A DNA stretch of 64,000 nucleotides from an uncultured Spirochaetota bacterium (GTDB lineage Bacteria; Spirochaetota; UBA4802; UBA5550), in contig CAVSFD010000002.1 of NCBI GenBank assembly GCA_963727175.1, forward strand, positions 856,782 to 920,781, in the 5' to 3' direction. Below, piece after piece: positions 18,003 through 27,456 of this stretch (the stretch's first letter is position 1; each line of letters begins with the position of its first letter). The position numbers and the translations under genes are program-made. The notes under the pieces were generated by a model that did no database searches, was not told the origin of the DNA, and saw only the letters and a program-made list of their open reading frames with translations.

Positions 18003-18659
18003 ATGTATTTCACCGATACCCAGTCTGTCCAGCTGAAAGATATCATCAGGAAAATCGAGGAACGCGCCGGCATAGAGCTGGTGGCCGCGGTTGTCGGAAA
18101 ATGCGACAGCTATCCTGAAATTCCCTGGAAGGCCTTTGCGATGGCGGCTGCCGTCAGCGCCCTTGCCCAGCTGGCCGCCGCGATCCTGCACCCCGGCTGG
18201 TCATGTATTGCAAGCGGGCAGTACACTCCGCTCTTTATCCTCGGAGCCGGCGCCGCCTTCTCCCTGCTCTCAGTCATCTGGCCGGCTTTCGGCCGCCTCT
18301 TCCTGGACCGCGTGCGCGCCGAAACCGAAGTCGAGCAGTATGCCCGTGCATTATTTCTTGAGCGGGAATTGTTCCGCACCAGGGACCACACCGGCATACT
18401 GGTCCTGGTCGGTCTCTTCGAACGCAGGGTGGTCATCGTTCCGGACAGCGGAATTGCCGGCCGTCTTGATTCCGAATTGCTCCACAGGGTGATAGACCAG
18501 ATGACTCCTCATCTGCGCCGGAAGGACCGGTACCGGGCAATGGCAGGGGGCCTCACGGCACTGGAGGCGGAACTCCTTAAGGCAGGCTTCGGGCCAGCGC
18601 GGAGAACCGGCAACGAATTAGCGGACGGTATCATCCAGGAAAACGGGGAGGCCCGATGA
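18003..18659 (+). CDS. TPM-domain-like membrane protein (split TPM fold with two internal TM helices)
   Basis: N-terminus IEERAGIELVAAVV and C-terminus HTGILVLVGLFERRVVIVPDSGIA resemble the two halves of a TPM/YgcG-type domain. Overlaps the next gene by 4 bp. Confidence 0.4.
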   Translation: MYFTDTQSVQLKDIIRKIEERAGIELVAAVVGKCDSYPEIPWKAFAMAAAVSALAQLAAAILHPGWSCIASGQYTPLFILGAGAAFSLLSVIWPAFGRLFLDRVRAETEVEQYARALFLERELFRTRDHTGILVLVGLFERRVVIVPDSGIAGRLDSELLHRVIDQMTPHLRRKDRYRAMAGGLTALEAELLKAGFGPARRTGNELADGIIQENGEAR

Positions 18660-19614
18660 GCAAGCGACATGTATATCGATCCCTGCCGACAGTCCTTCTC
18701 CTGCTGCTGGTCTTAACCCCTGCCATGTCGTTAATGCCGGTGCCCCGTCTCCAGGGCCGGGTCACGGACGAAGCCGGCATCCTGAGCAAGGCCACCAGGG
18801 AGCATATCAGCGGCCTGCTGAAATCCCATGAGGACCGCACGACAAACCAGGTGGCGGTGCTGACCGTCACGACCCTGGAAGGCGAAAGCATCGAGGAATT
18901 CGCCACACGGGTCTTCGACAAGTGGCGCCTCGGGCAAAAGAAAAAAGACAACGGCGTGCTGGTCATTATCGCCGCGCGGGACCGGCGCATGCGCATCGAG
19001 GTGGGTTACGGTCTCGAGGAAACCCTAACCGACGTGAAGGCAGGACGCATTATCGACACGGTCATGGCGCCGCGCTTCAAGGCGAACGATTTTGACGGCG
19101 GCGTGACCGCCGGGGTACTGGCCGTCATAGCCCTGCTGGAAGATTCCGGCGCGGCGCTCCCGGAGGATACCGGTTCGTCGGGCAAGGGCTGGATGATTAA
19201 GGGCCGGATCTTCCGATTATACAGCGTATTCTCTTTGGGTGTTTCATTTTCGGCATCATCGGCCTCTTCACAATCATCGGTGTTGCCACGCCCCAGGGCG
19301 TGGGCTGGTTTCTTTACCTGTTCCTGATCCCCTTCTGGGCGATGTTCCCCATAGTGGTGGTGGGCACCACCGGCGCATTAGTACTTCTCTGCGCTTACCT
19401 GGTGGCCTATCCCGTGGCCAGAATAATTTTAAGCCGCAGCAAATGGTATAAAAAGGCGAGGAAAGATCTTAAAACCAAGGGCCGCGCCAGCATAGGCGGT
19501 TTCTCTTTTTCCGGCTCTTCCTCAGGCGGCTGGAGTTCCTCCGGCAGCTCCGGGGGGGGCTTTTCCGGCGGCGGTGGAAGTTCGGGCGGGGGCGGCGCTT
19601 CCGGCGGATGGTAG
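18656..19614 (+). pseudogene. YgcG-like TPM-domain protein (TPM + TM + Gly/Ser-rich tail) with an apparent -1 frameshift near 19200
   Basis: The TPM domain (VTDEAGILS...QVAVLTV...RIEVGYGLE) is in one frame (18656-19327). The TM region and the GGGFSGGGGSSGGGGASGGW tail are in another frame (through 19614). Joining requires an extra C in GGCCCG, a homopolymer error or a real frameshift. Confidence 0.6.
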
Positions 19615-19671
19615 CCGGCAGGGCTCAGTATTAATGTATCAAATTTAATAATTCCAGGGAGACATGCTGGC

Positions 19672-19890
19672 ATGCCAAAAATAAAAATACTACTTATTTC
19701 TATTACCCTTGTCGTAACAGCGCTGATCTTTTATATCCTGGGGACAGTGTATAAAACAAACGCCGTCGCCGGTGAGAATTTCAAATTTTCCTGCATAGAA
19801 GTAGGCAACCAGGCGACACGCTGTGAAAACGTTGAAGTAGTATGTTATATACTGAGAGGCGGCCCTGGCGTTTCCTGCGTAAAGAAATAG
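19672..19890 (+). CDS. small hypothetical membrane protein in an AT-rich stretch
   Basis: 72 aa, N-terminal TM (ILLISITLVVTALIFYILG) and four Cys. Local GC is much lower than its surroundings. Confidence 0.3.
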   Translation: MPKIKILLISITLVVTALIFYILGTVYKTNAVAGENFKFSCIEVGNQATRCENVEVVCYILRGGPGVSCVKK

Positions 19891-20049
19891 GGTGTATTTT
19901 ACTGCCCTCGGGTAATGCAGCATTTTTCGCTCAGCGGCCGGGTTCGTGCATTGGCAGATTGAAAACAAAGGAATTTACTTCATTATCAGAGCCGGTTTAG
20001 AAGGCGCAAAGGCCCTTATCTGTACCGGTTCATACTCTGATAAGGACAT

Positions 20050-21231
20050 CTACTGCAGCTTGATGATAATCTCCACCCGGCGGTTTTTCTGACGCTCCTC
20101 CCTGGTGCTGTTCCCGGCTATGGGCCGGTTCGCGCCGAAGCCGCGGTAGGAAAGCTTGTCTGCCCCTGCCCGCTGCTTCAAATATTCCGCCACGGACCTG
20201 GCCCGCTCCTTCGAGAGGCCCTGGTTGTACTCCCGGCCCCCGATATTGTCGGTGTGGCCCTCCACAATGATCTCACGGTCAGAGTATTTGCCCTTGAGCA
20301 CGCCGGCGATCCTGTACAGTTTTTCCCTGCTGTCATCGCGGAGCCGCGCCGAGTCAAAATCGAAAAGCACGTCGCCGAGGCGGATCACCAGGCCCCTTTT
20401 GTCCGTGTCCACATCCACGCCGTCGGGGATCTCTTTCTTTAATTCCCGGCGCGCCTGCTCCTTCTCTTCCTTCGTGACCGGTTTGTACATTTTCATCGTC
20501 GTGTTGATGATCATCTGGAACTCGTTGACAGCAACCTGCCTGTTCCCGTCCCGGAACAGAAATGCCATCCGGTACTTCTCCTTCATGCTGACAGGACAAC
20601 GCTCCACGGTGTTCCAGTTGATGGTGCCTTCATCCCTGCCAATAATTTTCAGTGGAAAATCAGCCGGGTACCCGCCGCCGCCAAGGTCCATGTCCACGAC
20701 AAAGCGGTACTGGATCACCGCTATCTCCATGGTATCTTTTTTGCTGATATCAATGAGTTTGTATTCCACGGGAAAGGTGAGCTTGAAAGGCACGGAAAAG
20801 CTGTTGAGAACAAGGTCCGCCTTCTCGGTCCACGTGTCTCCGGCGGCAATATCCTTCCGCGGAAACGCCGGCAGATGTCTCAGGTTCGGCATTATATACT
20901 GTTTCGGAACCGTGAAGCGTCCCTGCCGGTCTATGTCGAACTCTGACGGATATTGTTCCCGCAGGTGGAACACCTCGGTCACCGAATCGCGTTCATAGAC
21001 CGAAAAGCCGCCCTTTACCCTGCTGACGTCTCCCTTCTTATCAAGGCAGGTAAGGTCGATGATATTCCGCTCCTGGTAAACCTTGCGCATCCTGTCATTG
21101 ACGAGGAATTTCACCGCAGCGGTTCGCGTAATTTCAAGACGCTCATCTTTCGGTATCTCCCAGATCAGGGACACGGCATAGGACGAAACGCACGGAATCA
21201 GAAAGAGAATGGTCAGGATTAGCTTGTTCAT
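20050..21231 (-). CDS. OmpA-family protein (C-terminal peptidoglycan-binding OmpA domain)
   Basis: C-terminal GHTDNIGGREYNQGLSKERARSVAEYL...NRRVEI. N-terminal signal peptide from MNKLILTILFLIPCVSSYA. The longer ORF runs to 21273. Confidence 0.8.
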   Translation of the reverse strand: MNKLILTILFLIPCVSSYAVSLIWEIPKDERLEITRTAAVKFLVNDRMRKVYQERNIIDLTCLDKKGDVSRVKGGFSVYERDSVTEVFHLREQYPSEFDIDRQGRFTVPKQYIMPNLRHLPAFPRKDIAAGDTWTEKADLVLNSFSVPFKLTFPVEYKLIDISKKDTMEIAVIQYRFVVDMDLGGGGYPADFPLKIIGRDEGTINWNTVERCPVSMKEKYRMAFLFRDGNRQVAVNEFQMIINTTMKMYKPVTKEEKEQARRELKKEIPDGVDVDTDKRGLVIRLGDVLFDFDSARLRDDSREKLYRIAGVLKGKYSDREIIVEGHTDNIGGREYNQGLSKERARSVAEYLKQRAGADKLSYRGFGANRPIAGNSTREERQKNRRVEIIIKLQ

Positions 21232-21320
21232 GGCATCACCAGGTCGATAGATATGCGGGGTTTCCCCCTTCAATCACTATCGACATGGCATTGATTTTTG
21301 TTGAGAAAAATTTTTTTCAG

Positions 21321-21626
21321 CTACTTCAGCGGGACGAAGAAGGCCTTGCCGGTGTCACCGCCTTTCCCTTCATCGACATGAAGGAGCCGGTATTTTTTAT
21401 CGCCGATCTTGAAGACATCTCCTTCAAAGACGACCGTTTCTTTGGCCTTCTGATCTGATTCATTGCCCGGATGCCAGACAAAAATCTGGATGCTCCTCCG
21501 CTTGACGCCGCCAGCGTCGGCGCGAAGGCAATAATTACCGCTCCCGACGCGGAAGCCATTCACGTCAGCAACCGTAGTTTCACCGAGAATTCCCGCGTCC
21601 TTTGGAATTTCCACTGCAGGCGTCAT
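21321..21626 (-). CDS. small hypothetical protein, last gene of the MoxR operon
   Basis: 101 aa. The start overlaps the stop of the RDD gene by 4 bp. Confidence 0.45.
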   Translation of the reverse strand: MTPAVEIPKDAGILGETTVADVNGFRVGSGNYCLRADAGGVKRRSIQIFVWHPGNESDQKAKETVVFEGDVFKIGDKKYRLLHVDEGKGGDTGKAFFVPLK

Positions 21627-22357
21627 TCAACCTTCCCGTGAAAATAATTATAGTCCCTTAAAACCGTTTCCAGGAATTCCTTCGGCTCCATGCCGGCGGC
21701 GACATTCATCGCGCCTTCCAGCTTTGTCCCGGCACGCCGGAGGATTTCCTTCGTCGACGCCGCCGTCCTGTTTTTCTTTTCAAAATCGAGGACTTCCTTG
21801 ATGATCGTGACAGTGCCGTCATCAAGCTTCTCCACTTCCGGGAACACGGGACGGTAATCATCCCCCAGGGGCACCAGGATGGTGTCGCTTATCTTCACGC
21901 TCTGCTTCAGCCTGATGACCGTGGTGCCGGCGGCGATGTCCCCCACCCGCTGCCCCCTGCCGTTCAGGAGAATTGTCACCACCGCAACGGCGCCACCCAT
22001 GAAGCTGATGTCGATGATACGGAGAATCCACCGGAGGAGATAGCTCCCCACCGACGGCTGGGTCCCGTCGAGCTTGACCACCTTGATGCCGATGAGTTTC
22101 TTGCCGAAGCTCTGGCCGTCCATGGCGGTCTCGCAGATCAGGTCATAGAGAAACGCGGGGAGGCCCATAATGATAAAAAACGCCACGGTAAAACTCTTGA
22201 TGTAATCACCGGCAAAAATATAGGCAACTATGACCAGGAACGCGTAGGCAAAAAGGATGATGTAATCGACCATGGCGGCCAGGATCCGCTCGCCGACCCC
22301 GGCCGTTTCGTAATCTATGGTCACATTCTGCGCCGTTTCTATTGATACCGTCTGCAT
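21623..22357 (-). CDS. RDD-family membrane protein
   Basis: N-terminal RDD-like TM domain (ERILAAMVDYIILFAYAFLVIV...). 244 aa. Confidence 0.65.
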   Translation of the reverse strand: MQTVSIETAQNVTIDYETAGVGERILAAMVDYIILFAYAFLVIVAYIFAGDYIKSFTVAFFIIMGLPAFLYDLICETAMDGQSFGKKLIGIKVVKLDGTQPSVGSYLLRWILRIIDISFMGGAVAVVTILLNGRGQRVGDIAAGTTVIRLKQSVKISDTILVPLGDDYRPVFPEVEKLDDGTVTIIKEVLDFEKKNRTAASTKEILRRAGTKLEGAMNVAAGMEPKEFLETVLRDYNYFHGKVE

Positions 22358-22358
22358 C

Positions 22359-23687
22359 CTACAGCACCCCCCGGGATTTTAATTCCAGATATGTATTGAT
22401 CGTGTTGACCGTCAGGTGTTCCGGCGATGTAAGAATGGAATATATTCCGTGCCGGTCAAGCTCTTTCGCGATCTGTTTCTTTTCAAAGGAGAATTTTTCC
22501 GCTATGGTCTTGATGTAGATATCCTCGATGGAGGGGGCAGGAGCGTCGAGGATTGCGTCCAGTTCCGTGTTGACGAAAAAAATAACCACCACCAGGTGCC
22601 TCCGCGCCAGCATTGACAGGTACGGCAGGTTTCTCCTGAGGGAGGAGAGGGTCTCAAAATTGGTATAGAAAAGCAGGAGGCTCCGCTGGCCGATTTTCCG
22701 CGATATCTCGGCGCAGAGCAGCTCGTAATTCGATTCGAGGAACCCCGTGCCGACCCGGTACAGGAGCTCGAGAATCCGGAACATCTGCGCGTGGGCGCGG
22801 CTCGCCGGAAGTATCGCCCCTATGTCATTTGAGAAGGCAATGATGCCGGCCCGGTCTTCGCGGCGTATGGCCACGTTCGATATGACCAGGCTGGCGTTTA
22901 CCGCGTAATCGAGGAGGGTCATCCCCTCAAAGGGCATCTTCATGGCCCGCCCCATATCAATGACGGAATAGACATTCTGGGAGCGCTCGTCCCGGAACTG
23001 GTTCACCATGAGCTCGTTTTTGCGCGCCGTGGCCTTCCAGTTTATCTTCCGGTAATCGTCGCCGGAGATATAGCGCCGGATCTGGTCGAATTCCATGGAG
23101 GCGCCGGCCCGCCGCATCTTCTTGATGCCCGCCTCCACCAGGCGGTTCGAAACTGCGAAAAGGTCATACTTCTTCATCTGGATGATGGAAGGGTACACCG
23201 GGACCATGATATCCTGTGAATAGCGGTAGCGCCTGGTTACGAGACCCAGGGGCGATGACGCGAACACGTTGAGGGCGCCGAAGCGGTATTCGCCCCGTTC
23301 CACGGGCCGTACGGCGTAGAAGAGGTCCCGCGCCCCGCCGGAAGGGACGCGGGCCTTTATGGAAAAATCCCGCTTCTGGAACTGGAAGGGAAGTTCGTCG
23401 ATTATTTCAACGTACGCCGGAAAGGCATGACCGTTTTCAACGTGCAGGTTGATGCGGTTTTCATCGCCGTTGGAGAGTTTTTCCGGAGCCGTGCGCCGAG
23501 CCCCGATGCCGGCCAGGCGGAAGAGCAGCGCCGCGTCAGCGGCCGAGACTGCGCCGAGAAGAAGCAGCGCCATCTTCGCCGGCGCCAGGAACGCCGGGTA
23601 GAAAAAGGCCGCCACGAAGGAGAGGACGATACAGGCGAGGATGACGAAAAAACGCCGCCTGAAAAAAAGCGCGCCAATCCCTTTCAC
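22359..23687 (-). CDS. DUF58-domain protein (MoxR-associated)
   Basis: DFDQIRRYISGDDYRKINWKATARKNELMVNQF is the DUF58 core motif. Has N-terminal TM helices. Confidence 0.8.
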   Translation of the reverse strand: MKGIGALFFRRRFFVILACIVLSFVAAFFYPAFLAPAKMALLLLGAVSAADAALLFRLAGIGARRTAPEKLSNGDENRINLHVENGHAFPAYVEIIDELPFQFQKRDFSIKARVPSGGARDLFYAVRPVERGEYRFGALNVFASSPLGLVTRRYRYSQDIMVPVYPSIIQMKKYDLFAVSNRLVEAGIKKMRRAGASMEFDQIRRYISGDDYRKINWKATARKNELMVNQFRDERSQNVYSVIDMGRAMKMPFEGMTLLDYAVNASLVISNVAIRREDRAGIIAFSNDIGAILPASRAHAQMFRILELLYRVGTGFLESNYELLCAEISRKIGQRSLLLFYTNFETLSSLRRNLPYLSMLARRHLVVVIFFVNTELDAILDAPAPSIEDIYIKTIAEKFSFEKKQIAKELDRHGIYSILTSPEHLTVNTINTYLELKSRGVL

Positions 23688-24664
23688 CGGGGCACCTCTA
23701 TCCCTTCAAGGACCTCCCGTATGATGTCATCCGGCGTCTTGCCCTCCATCTCCTTTTCCGGGGTGAGGAGGAGCCGGTGCCGCAGGGCCGGGTAGGCGAC
23801 AGACTGGATGTCCTCGGGCTTAACGAAATCCCTCTCCCGCAACACCGCAAGGGCCCTGGCGCCGTCCATGACGGCCAGCGACGCCCGGGGAGAGCCCCCC
23901 AGGTAGAGGGAGCTGTTGTTGCGCGTGCGGTGCACGATTTCGGCTATGTAGGCGATGATGGTGTCATCGACATGGACGTTCTTCACCTTTTTCTGGCTCG
24001 TGATGATCTGCCTGCCGGTAATAACCTTTTTCACGTCCGCCAGCTTATCCCGCTCGCGCCGCGCCCGGGCGTCAGAGAGAATGCGGGCCTCCTCCTCCCG
24101 GGAGGGATACCCGATATTGATCTTGAAGAGAAAGCGGTCCAGCTGCGCCTCGGGGAGACGGTAGGTCCCCTCGTACTCGATGGGGTTCTGGGTTGCAAAT
24201 ACGAGAAAGGGTTCCTCCATGATATAGGTCTTCCCGTCAACGGTGATCTGCCGCTCCTCCATTACCTCGAACAGGGCGGCCTGGGTCTTGGCCGGGGCGC
24301 GGTTGATCTCGTCTATGAGCACCAGGCTGGAGAAGACGGGGCCCTGCCTGAACTCGAAGTCGCCTTTCTTCGTGTTGTAAATCGTGGTGCCGATGATGTC
24401 CGACGGCATCAGGTCCGGCGTGAACTGTATCCGCGAGAAGTTCACGGACATGGTCATGGCCAGCAGCTTCGCCGTGAGGGTCTTGGCTATGCCCGGGACA
24501 CCCTCCAGGAGCACATGCCCGTTGGCCAGTACAGCCGCCATGAGCAGCTCGATCATCTCGTCCTGGCCCACAATGACTTTCTTGAGCTCACCCATTACCT
24601 TCGCATTCGCCCGGGTCACGTCCTTGATCTGTATCCGTTCGTTGAATGAAAGTTCTTCGTTCAT
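23684..24664 (-). CDS. MoxR-family AAA+ ATPase
   Basis: GHVLLEGVPGIAKT (Walker A), LIDEINRAPAKTQAALFEVMEE (Walker B/sensor), and the MoxR C-terminal lid. Confidence 0.9.
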   Translation of the reverse strand: MNEELSFNERIQIKDVTRANAKVMGELKKVIVGQDEMIELLMAAVLANGHVLLEGVPGIAKTLTAKLLAMTMSVNFSRIQFTPDLMPSDIIGTTIYNTKKGDFEFRQGPVFSSLVLIDEINRAPAKTQAALFEVMEERQITVDGKTYIMEEPFLVFATQNPIEYEGTYRLPEAQLDRFLFKINIGYPSREEEARILSDARARRERDKLADVKKVITGRQIITSQKKVKNVHVDDTIIAYIAEIVHRTRNNSSLYLGGSPRASLAVMDGARALAVLRERDFVKPEDIQSVAYPALRHRLLLTPEKEMEGKTPDDIIREVLEGIEVPR

Positions 24665-25845
24665 AACTCCGTCCTTTTAGCATACGTTGTGAATTCTTCG
24701 ATGAGAGAATTGAGACGCGACAGCTCGCTGCCGGAAATAATTTTCATCTTCATGGTTGAATCAATTTCTTCAAAGAGCCTCCGGACCAGTCCTTCCGGCG
24801 CACCGGCCTGCTCCGCGACCCGGTCATAAAACATATCGCCGCGGTGGAACGCGTCGAGCTGGAACCGGGAATGGAGATAATCATAAAAATAGAGGATTTT
24901 TTTGTCGGCTATGTTCTTATGGTCGCCCCGCTGATGGTAAAGCCTCCCCACGGTCGCCACGAAGTCAATGGTGGCGTTCGCGGGGGGCGTGACGACCGGT
25001 ATGGCCCGCTGGCGCCGGCGCGCCTTGAAAAGAACGAAAAGTAACAGGCCGGCCATTGAGGTATAGTAGGCCCAGGTAAGGGGCTCCCGTGACAGTACAT
25101 AGCGGAGTGGCGTTGACGGCGCCGCGACAGACGACTTGTAATGCTCGTCCCAGAAGGTCCTCCGCACCGGCAGGTACGACAGCGCCCTGAACACGTACTC
25201 GGCATTGTTCCCCGTCAGCATGTTGAAATTCGTGAAGGCGAAAGGAATCGCGCTCAGGTAGAAGGCGCCCCTGCCGTGCCGTATCCGGATATAGTTTGCC
25301 CCTTTCCGCTCGTTCACGCCGAGCACCGCCGCGCCCTGTTTCCTGAAGGATATGAACCTGACGTTGCCGGCGCCCTTGCGGCACTGGTACTCCTTCCGCG
25401 CCTTAAGGCGCGGGTTGGTGAAATTAATCCCCATCCGGTCCGCCACGATGTCCTCCGGCGCAGTCCTGATTTCCATGACCGTGGCGAATTCATCCATGTA
25501 GAAGCTCGCTGCCATGAAGACGCTGTTCCCCTGGGAGACGAAGCGCATCAGCTCCCCGGTATCGTATTTGTCGAGGGAAATGGTGGTATCAATGATGATG
25601 TAATTGGCGCCCCTGAAGCGCCTGCCCCGCAGGGTGTCATAAATCGAATCATGGCTGACAGTCACGCTCGCTCCCGGGAAGCAGTCGCCAAGGAGTTTGT
25701 AGGGAATATAACAGCCGTAGGGTATCTTGTCTGCGCGGGAAAAGCTCGCGGACCAGTCAACCGGCTCCGGTTTCATCACCATGAAGGCGATGAACAGGAT
25801 AACGCTCACGGTGAGTATCATGATATAGGGGAGGTTCTTTTTCAC
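24661..25845 (-). CDS. DUF4350-like membrane-anchored protein
   Basis: N-terminal TM plus a large periplasmic domain and a second TM near the C-terminus, a typical partner of MoxR/DUF58 operons. Overlaps neighbours by 4 bp on both sides. Confidence 0.55.
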   Translation of the reverse strand: MKKNLPYIMILTVSVILFIAFMVMKPEPVDWSASFSRADKIPYGCYIPYKLLGDCFPGASVTVSHDSIYDTLRGRRFRGANYIIIDTTISLDKYDTGELMRFVSQGNSVFMAASFYMDEFATVMEIRTAPEDIVADRMGINFTNPRLKARKEYQCRKGAGNVRFISFRKQGAAVLGVNERKGANYIRIRHGRGAFYLSAIPFAFTNFNMLTGNNAEYVFRALSYLPVRRTFWDEHYKSSVAAPSTPLRYVLSREPLTWAYYTSMAGLLLFVLFKARRRQRAIPVVTPPANATIDFVATVGRLYHQRGDHKNIADKKILYFYDYLHSRFQLDAFHRGDMFYDRVAEQAGAPEGLVRRLFEEIDSTMKMKIISGSELSRLNSLIEEFTTYAKRTEL

Positions 25846-26597
25846 GATTTCCCTTCAGCCAGCACCTCGTAAAAACCTTCGTACATTTCGCGGACTGCGG
25901 CAAAGGTCTCCGCGGGCAGGTCGAAATTTCCGTACCAGATATATTCGAAGATCCTGGTGAGTTCCGTGAATTCCCCGCACAGGGGCGAGGCGGCCAGCTC
26001 CGACAGATAATCGTCGTTGGTCTTGTCTATCTTCCACTGGACAAGACCGCTGACCGAAAGCTCCTTGAGGGCCTTGTGGTAGAGAAGGCGCACCACGGCA
26101 CGGTAATCACGCTCTTTCAAAGAGCGGGCGATGAGTTCGTCAAAATCGACATCTTCTATATGCTCAGCCGCCTCCACCGGTGCGGGTCGCTTCTTTTTCG
26201 GCGAGAAGAAAAGCCCCCGCACATCGGCGCCCAGGAGCTTTGCAATGACCAGGATCACCGCCGCTATCACGATGGCGTAGACGGCGTATTCAACCGCTTT
26301 CCAGGCTATCCGCCCGTCGATCCCCCTGGCATAACGCCCGAGCTTGTCCCTGAGCCAGGCCAGGATGTAATCCCAGATGGAAAGGAGCGGTTCATTTTCC
26401 CGGTCATAGCGGAAATCGGCATCCCTCCGGAAATCCTCGATCTTTTTCACCGGCACCGGCCGCGCCTTCACCAGTGATGAATCGACAGGCACCCGTCCGG
26501 CCTCCCGCACCGCGATCACGCGTTCCCCCCGGGGCCCGCCGCCCGCCGCGACCAGTGCCAGGCAGAGGAGGGGTGCAAGTAAAGCGCGTTTCTGCAT
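25842..26597 (-). CDS. DUF4129-like protein
   Basis: Arg-rich N-terminus, signal/TM (LLAPLLCLALVAAGGG), internal TM and a conserved C-terminal block (YEGFYEVL...). Start chosen at the internal Met (MQKRALL); the ORF extends to 26666. Confidence 0.5.
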   Translation of the reverse strand: MQKRALLAPLLCLALVAAGGGPRGERVIAVREAGRVPVDSSLVKARPVPVKKIEDFRRDADFRYDRENEPLLSIWDYILAWLRDKLGRYARGIDGRIAWKAVEYAVYAIVIAAVILVIAKLLGADVRGLFFSPKKKRPAPVEAAEHIEDVDFDELIARSLKERDYRAVVRLLYHKALKELSVSGLVQWKIDKTNDDYLSELAASPLCGEFTELTRIFEYIWYGNFDLPAETFAAVREMYEGFYEVLAEGKS

Positions 26598-26598
26598 T

Positions 26599-27456
26599 CT
26601 ACGTCTCCTTCGGCTTCCCGATTTCCTCGACCTTCTGGAGCAGCCCGTGGCCTTCCTTTTTTTCAACCAGACTGAAATACTGGAATCCGATGGACGTGAG
26701 GATGACGACGCTGAACATCGACGTCAGCTGCTGCAGTATACCGGTAATGATGAAGAGAGTTTTGAAAAAGTAGTTCGACACATCCGCCTTGTGCAGCAGG
26801 GCAAAGAAGGAGACGCCGGCCGACGGCAGGGCCAGCACCGACCCCATCATGCCGACAATGATGGCCATCAGGAAAAGGAGCCCCACGGTGAACCACCAGC
26901 TGCCGGAAATAAGCTTCCTGCCCCTCCGGATTGCAGCGAAAAAACCAATCCGTTCCTGCACGCGGATCATCGCCACCAGGGCCATCACAATGCCAAAATA
27001 GATGCCCGGGATGATGAGAAGAAGCATGAAAAACATCACCACGAAAAACGTGCCGATGTTTGTGAAGACGATCATCCAGAAGTCCTTTTTCACAGCCTTC
27101 CAGATATCATCCACGGTGATGACGCCGGGGCCCTTTGCAGTGTAGAGTACCATGAATTCAAGAGCAATGAGGGTTACGAAGGTATAACTCACCAGGCTGC
27201 ACAGGATCAGCAGGAGATATTCGATGGAAAAAATCGCCCCGAAGGGGTTCGACGTGTCGCCCCCCGCAAGCATCAGGGACGATTTCGAACTGTAGAGACC
27301 GGCCAGGACGCCCTGGATGATAAGGAGCGGCCCCGTTATGAATATCAGGGCCTTGAAGAGGACCCCGATGTTCTGCCTGATGAAGGCGAAGGTGTCGTTG
27401 ATGATGGAGCCGAAATCGCGGGCTTTCCTGAATTCAAATTTTTCCAGCTGGTCCAT
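26599..27456 (-). CDS. polytopic membrane protein of the MoxR operon
   Basis: ~285 aa with six or more predicted TM helices. Start chosen at MDQLEKFEF. Confidence 0.5.
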   Translation of the reverse strand: MDQLEKFEFRKARDFGSIINDTFAFIRQNIGVLFKALIFITGPLLIIQGVLAGLYSSKSSLMLAGGDTSNPFGAIFSIEYLLLILCSLVSYTFVTLIALEFMVLYTAKGPGVITVDDIWKAVKKDFWMIVFTNIGTFFVVMFFMLLLIIPGIYFGIVMALVAMIRVQERIGFFAAIRRGRKLISGSWWFTVGLLFLMAIIVGMMGSVLALPSAGVSFFALLHKADVSNYFFKTLFIITGILQQLTSMFSVVILTSIGFQYFSLVEKKEGHGLLQKVEEIGKPKET

